From Deltaproteobacteria bacterium (GTDB taxonomy: Bacteria; Desulfobacterota; Desulfarculia; Adiutricales; JAGVGV01), in contig JAGVGV010000387.1 of the NCBI GenBank assembly GCA_020056895.1, forward strand, positions 1 to 24,000: DNA of 24,000 nt, read 5' to 3'. The number at the start of each line of letters is the position of its first letter. The stretch's first letter is position 1. A program made the position numbers and the translations under genes. A model generated the notes under the pieces. That model searched no databases. It saw nothing but the letters and a program-made list of their open reading frames with translations, and was not told the DNA's origin. Of this stretch, positions 20,985 to 24,000 are shown one piece after another.

Positions 20985-23954
20985 TTAACCCGCCAGCACA
21001 TCCTCCAGCCTTGACGCCTTGATGAAGCGGGCCGGGTTATCATCCCTTTCCAGGGCTTTGAAATGTGCTTCACCGCAGGTGATCTTGGCGACTTCCAGGG
21101 CGCGAAGGTCGCCCGCGAACAAGCTGCTTTTGGTTTCGATCACGAAATATAGGCGTTCGGCCCCATCTTTTTCCACCAAAACGGCCCAGTCGGGGTTGTA
21201 CGTGCCTAACGGTGTTGGCACCTTGAACCAGGCCGGAAGTTTGGCATACACCTTGACTGCTTCGTTTTTCTCCAGTTGCGAAGCAAAATTGGCCTCAGTG
21301 TCCGAATCATATACCACGTGCTCGAAGACCGATTTTTGCGTTTCGGTGAGCATGTTCCTGAGGTAGCCGGTCAACTCTTCCTGTTCGAACAATTCCTGGG
21401 CGTAATAGTATTCATCCCCAAGCCGTTGGTACTTGATGCCATCGACAATCGCCAACCGTTTGGCCCGATTGATCGCCTCGCCGGCCAGTTCGATGAACTG
21501 CTGGGGATTTCGCGTAAAATCGGCCAATCTTCCGCTTTCGGTCAGAATGCGGACGATCGTGCGGCGGGTAAGCTGGGTCTTGTCCTGTAGGTCGGTGACC
21601 AGATCGGGCAGCTCAATATCCTGCTCGTCGATCACCACGGGCGCGGCCTCGCTCGTTTCGGTCGCTTCCACACCCGCCCGGCCGATGGCCAAGTCCGCTT
21701 TTCGCCATTGCAGCCGAGTCTTGGTGACCGGCGGGGCGTTCCGGATGGCCGTAATGCACTGGTCGATCAGCCCGTCGTTGTCGAAATCAACCCGGTAGGT
21801 GGTCTTGTGTTTGATTCGATCCCAGAGGGCCTTGAATTCCTCGCTGTGAAGGACCGCCTGGCGGGTTTGCACCTGTTTTCGTTCATCGGCGTTCTTGATT
21901 TCCAGCTTGCCGGCCAGTTTCCGGAGTACGTCCTTAATTTGGGGCAGGTGGGCCGAGAAAGATTCCGGCACGGTTAGCGTATTATCCTTGAGCGCTTTCT
22001 TTAGCGAGTCCTGCACCTTGCCCCTGGCGTCGATGTGTCCCTGGGCCTTGAGGTCGTCCCATAAGGCCTGGGATTGCTCGACGCCCATCGGCCTGGTCGA
22101 ACCGTCGGCTCCTGGAATTGGGATAGCGGCGAATTGGTGCTTTTCCACGATGCCGAAGCGGATGCCCGTGTCCTCCTCGATCTCCTTCTGGAGGCCTTCG
22201 GCAAATTGTTCGTACTTTTCGTTGGCAATGACGGTAAGTGTGTTGATTTCGAAGCCCCGAAGGCGCTCGCCTTGCTGGTCCACGCACAGGCGGAGCCCCC
22301 GGCCGATGGTCTGGCGTCGTTCGCGCTTGGTTGCCATTTCCCGGAAGGCGCAAATTTGAAAGACATTGGGGTTGTCCCAACCCTCTTTCAGCGCGGAATG
22401 GGAAAAGATGAATTTGAGCGGCGTTTCGAAACCGAGAAGCTTCTCCTTCTCGCGCATGATCAGGTTGTAGGCCCGCTCCGCGTTGTCTCTATTGGCCTGG
22501 TTGTTATCGGCGGTATCGGTCCAACGCCCCTTCTTGTCGATGGAAAAATAACCATCGTGCACTTCCGCTGCCGCCGCCGAAAGGTCGACTTCCTGAAAAA
22601 GCGTCCGGTAGTCCGGATGGTTGGCCAGCCGGCGATACTCCTCCTCGAAGATCAGGGCATAGTCCCCCTTGACCTGGTTGCCGCCCTCGTCGTAGCTGCG
22701 ATATTTTTCTACCGCGTCGATGAAGAAGAGGCTCAAGACCTTGACGCCCCGTAACCGGAGCCGTTTTTCCTTGTCCAGATGCTCCTTGATGGTGCGCTGA
22801 ATCATCTGGCGCTGAACCGCGAGCGGTTCCACGTCTCCGTACGCCTGGCCCAACCTCAGGTACTGCTCGCCGCCCGGATAGCGCAGTTCCATGAACTCGT
22901 CGCCTTTGGCCACGCGAATCTCGCCCACCCTGCAATCGCGATAGATCACCCGGCCGGTCGTTTGTTCCAGGTGGTCACCATCCTGAACCAACACCTCACG
23001 GCGCTTGACCCCCGTAGGGCTTTGGACATCCAATTCAACCTTGGCCGTGATAACGCCGCGTTTGTTGCCGACCGCGAGCAAGCGAACATATGGCTTGTTG
23101 TGGCCCCCTTCAACGGCGGCCGCGGCCACCTCGATCTGTTTGACCAGCTTGCGTTCGTAGGCGTCCACCGCATCGAGGCGGTAGATCATATGGTGCTTAT
23201 CGACATGAGTGGCCGAATAGCGCAGGGTGCAGAGCGGGTTCATGGCCCCCAGGGCTTCCTTGCCGCGCCCCCCCAGGCCGCCGTCCACGCTCTGGGGCTC
23301 GTCCACGATCAGGATCGGGCGAGTGGCCTTGATCAGGTCAATGGGCTTCTCGCCGCCCGTTTTTTCCGAGTCCTTGTAGAGGTTGTTGACGTCCTTCTTG
23401 TTGATCGCCCCAACCGTCACCACCATGATTTGGATTTGCGGGCTGGTGGCGAAGTTGCGCACCTTTTGGGGTTTAGACGAATCGTAGAGGAAATATCCAA
23501 AAGGCATATTGGCGTAAAGCGCCCGGAAGTGTTCCTCCATCATTTGAAGGGATTTGTAGACCCCTTCCTTGATGGCTACGGACGGCACCACGATGACGAA
23601 TTTGGTGAACCCATAGAGCCGGTTGAGCTCAAAAATCGTGCGCAGGTAGACATAGGTTTTGCCCGTGCCCGTCTCCATCTCTACCGTGAAATCGCCCGAA
23701 GCCAAGGTCGAAGAGGGCGGCAAGCCGTTATGGAGCTGGATGGCGTTCAGATTTTTTAGAATCTCATCGTCGAGCAGGGTCAAGCGGTTGCCGATGCCCA
23801 GGTCGCTTTCCATACCTGTTAAATAAGCACTGCCCCCGATGTCCTTGGTGACGGTGAACTCCGTGCGGCATACTTCCTGGCCCCGGAACAGGTCGCAGAC
23901 CGCCTCGATGGCCGCAAGCTGATAGTCGAGGTTGGGTTCAAAGTGGAGTTTCAT
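20985..23954 (-). CDS. res: Type III restriction-modification Res subunit (SF2 helicase plus C-terminal PD-ExK nuclease)
   Basis: Helicase motif I is METGTGKTYVY and motif II is ILIVDEPQS. The N-terminus MKLHFEPNLDYQLAAIEAVCDLFRGQE is typical of type III Res. The C-terminal nuclease motif is PDWAVLVEKDGAERLYFVIETK. The partner mod gene would lie upstream, beyond the window. Confidence 0.78.
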   Translation of the reverse strand: MKLHFEPNLDYQLAAIEAVCDLFRGQEVCRTEFTVTKDIGGSAYLTGMESDLGIGNRLTLLDDEILKNLNAIQLHNGLPPSSTLASGDFTVEMETGTGKTYVYLRTIFELNRLYGFTKFVIVVPSVAIKEGVYKSLQMMEEHFRALYANMPFGYFLYDSSKPQKVRNFATSPQIQIMVVTVGAINKKDVNNLYKDSEKTGGEKPIDLIKATRPILIVDEPQSVDGGLGGRGKEALGAMNPLCTLRYSATHVDKHHMIYRLDAVDAYERKLVKQIEVAAAAVEGGHNKPYVRLLAVGNKRGVITAKVELDVQSPTGVKRREVLVQDGDHLEQTTGRVIYRDCRVGEIRVAKGDEFMELRYPGGEQYLRLGQAYGDVEPLAVQRQMIQRTIKEHLDKEKRLRLRGVKVLSLFFIDAVEKYRSYDEGGNQVKGDYALIFEEEYRRLANHPDYRTLFQEVDLSAAAAEVHDGYFSIDKKGRWTDTADNNQANRDNAERAYNLIMREKEKLLGFETPLKFIFSHSALKEGWDNPNVFQICAFREMATKRERRQTIGRGLRLCVDQQGERLRGFEINTLTVIANEKYEQFAEGLQKEIEEDTGIRFGIVEKHQFAAIPIPGADGSTRPMGVEQSQALWDDLKAQGHIDARGKVQDSLKKALKDNTLTVPESFSAHLPQIKDVLRKLAGKLEIKNADERKQVQTRQAVLHSEEFKALWDRIKHKTTYRVDFDNDGLIDQCITAIRNAPPVTKTRLQWRKADLAIGRAGVEATETSEAAPVVIDEQDIELPDLVTDLQDKTQLTRRTIVRILTESGRLADFTRNPQQFIELAGEAINRAKRLAIVDGIKYQRLGDEYYYAQELFEQEELTGYLRNMLTETQKSVFEHVVYDSDTEANFASQLEKNEAVKVYAKLPAWFKVPTPLGTYNPDWAVLVEKDGAERLYFVIETKSSLFAGDLRALEVAKITCGEAHFKALERDDNPARFIKASRLEDVLAG

Positions 23955-24000
23955 GTGGTTGTCCTGATATTGCGTTCAGTATTTTCAGCTTGAGCGATTC

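Noticed and set aside
1-24000. Search for tRNA, rRNA, tmRNA, integrase/transposase genes, IS ends and att-type direct repeats that would define an integrated element
   Set aside because: I could recognise none by eye. The rep, par and oriT-like content fits a plasmid, or a plasmid-derived region, better than an integrase-bounded island. This cannot be settled from one window.

Overview
High-GC (~58-60%) compositionally mosaic window. It reads as a plasmid or conjugative-element backbone lying next to the 3' end of an RHS polymorphic-toxin gene.

Left to right:
- RHS/YD-repeat toxin (5'-truncated) with a low-GC unassigned C-terminal tip, followed by a two-TM immunity candidate.
- An orphan AbiEi/DUF6088-like wHTH gene.
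- An ArdC-like antirestriction gene.
- A Uma2 endonuclease.
- A tightly coupled five-gene minus-strand operon: replication-relaxation-like protein, coiled-coil protein, two small membrane proteins, VirD4/TraD-like ATPase.
- An ~850-bp ORF-free region with operator repeats and inverted repeats (oriT candidate).
- A small coiled-coil ORF, a 61-aa ORF (orf61) and RadC.
- A CHC2/Toprim primase.
- An RHH regulator.
- A second replication-relaxation protein.
- A ~1.2-kb ORF-free GC-rich region.
- A low-GC iteron origin plus a Rep_3-type initiator.
- A second Uma2 paralog.
- A Phd-ParA-ParB operon with three parS-like palindromes.
- A type III restriction Res subunit running to the right edge.

I found no tRNA, rRNA, CRISPR array, transposase or integrase.

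Most interesting observation: two paralogous rod-like hairpin elements (4772-4924 and 11467-11703) lie 33-36 nt upstream of the ardC and orf61-radC start codons. Each carries a conserved TTGACG-N16-TACA(C/A)T promoter in the 3' arm, pointing away from those genes in duplex DNA. If the + strand folds as ssDNA, transcription would run into those genes, which is the Frpo-like single-strand promoter logic. Together with the oriT-like region at ~9.6-10.0 kb, this gives an F-like layout of leading region, oriT and transfer operon.

Other leads:
- A 12-bp operator family (GTTKC-NN-GMAAC), 9 copies at 4 loci.
- A CCGTAAGAA operator array.
- The ORF-free 1.2-kb region, with short-motif enrichment and flanking diverged repeats whose differences show codon periodicity.

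All calls come from reading the sequence and the ORF translations. No database search was run.
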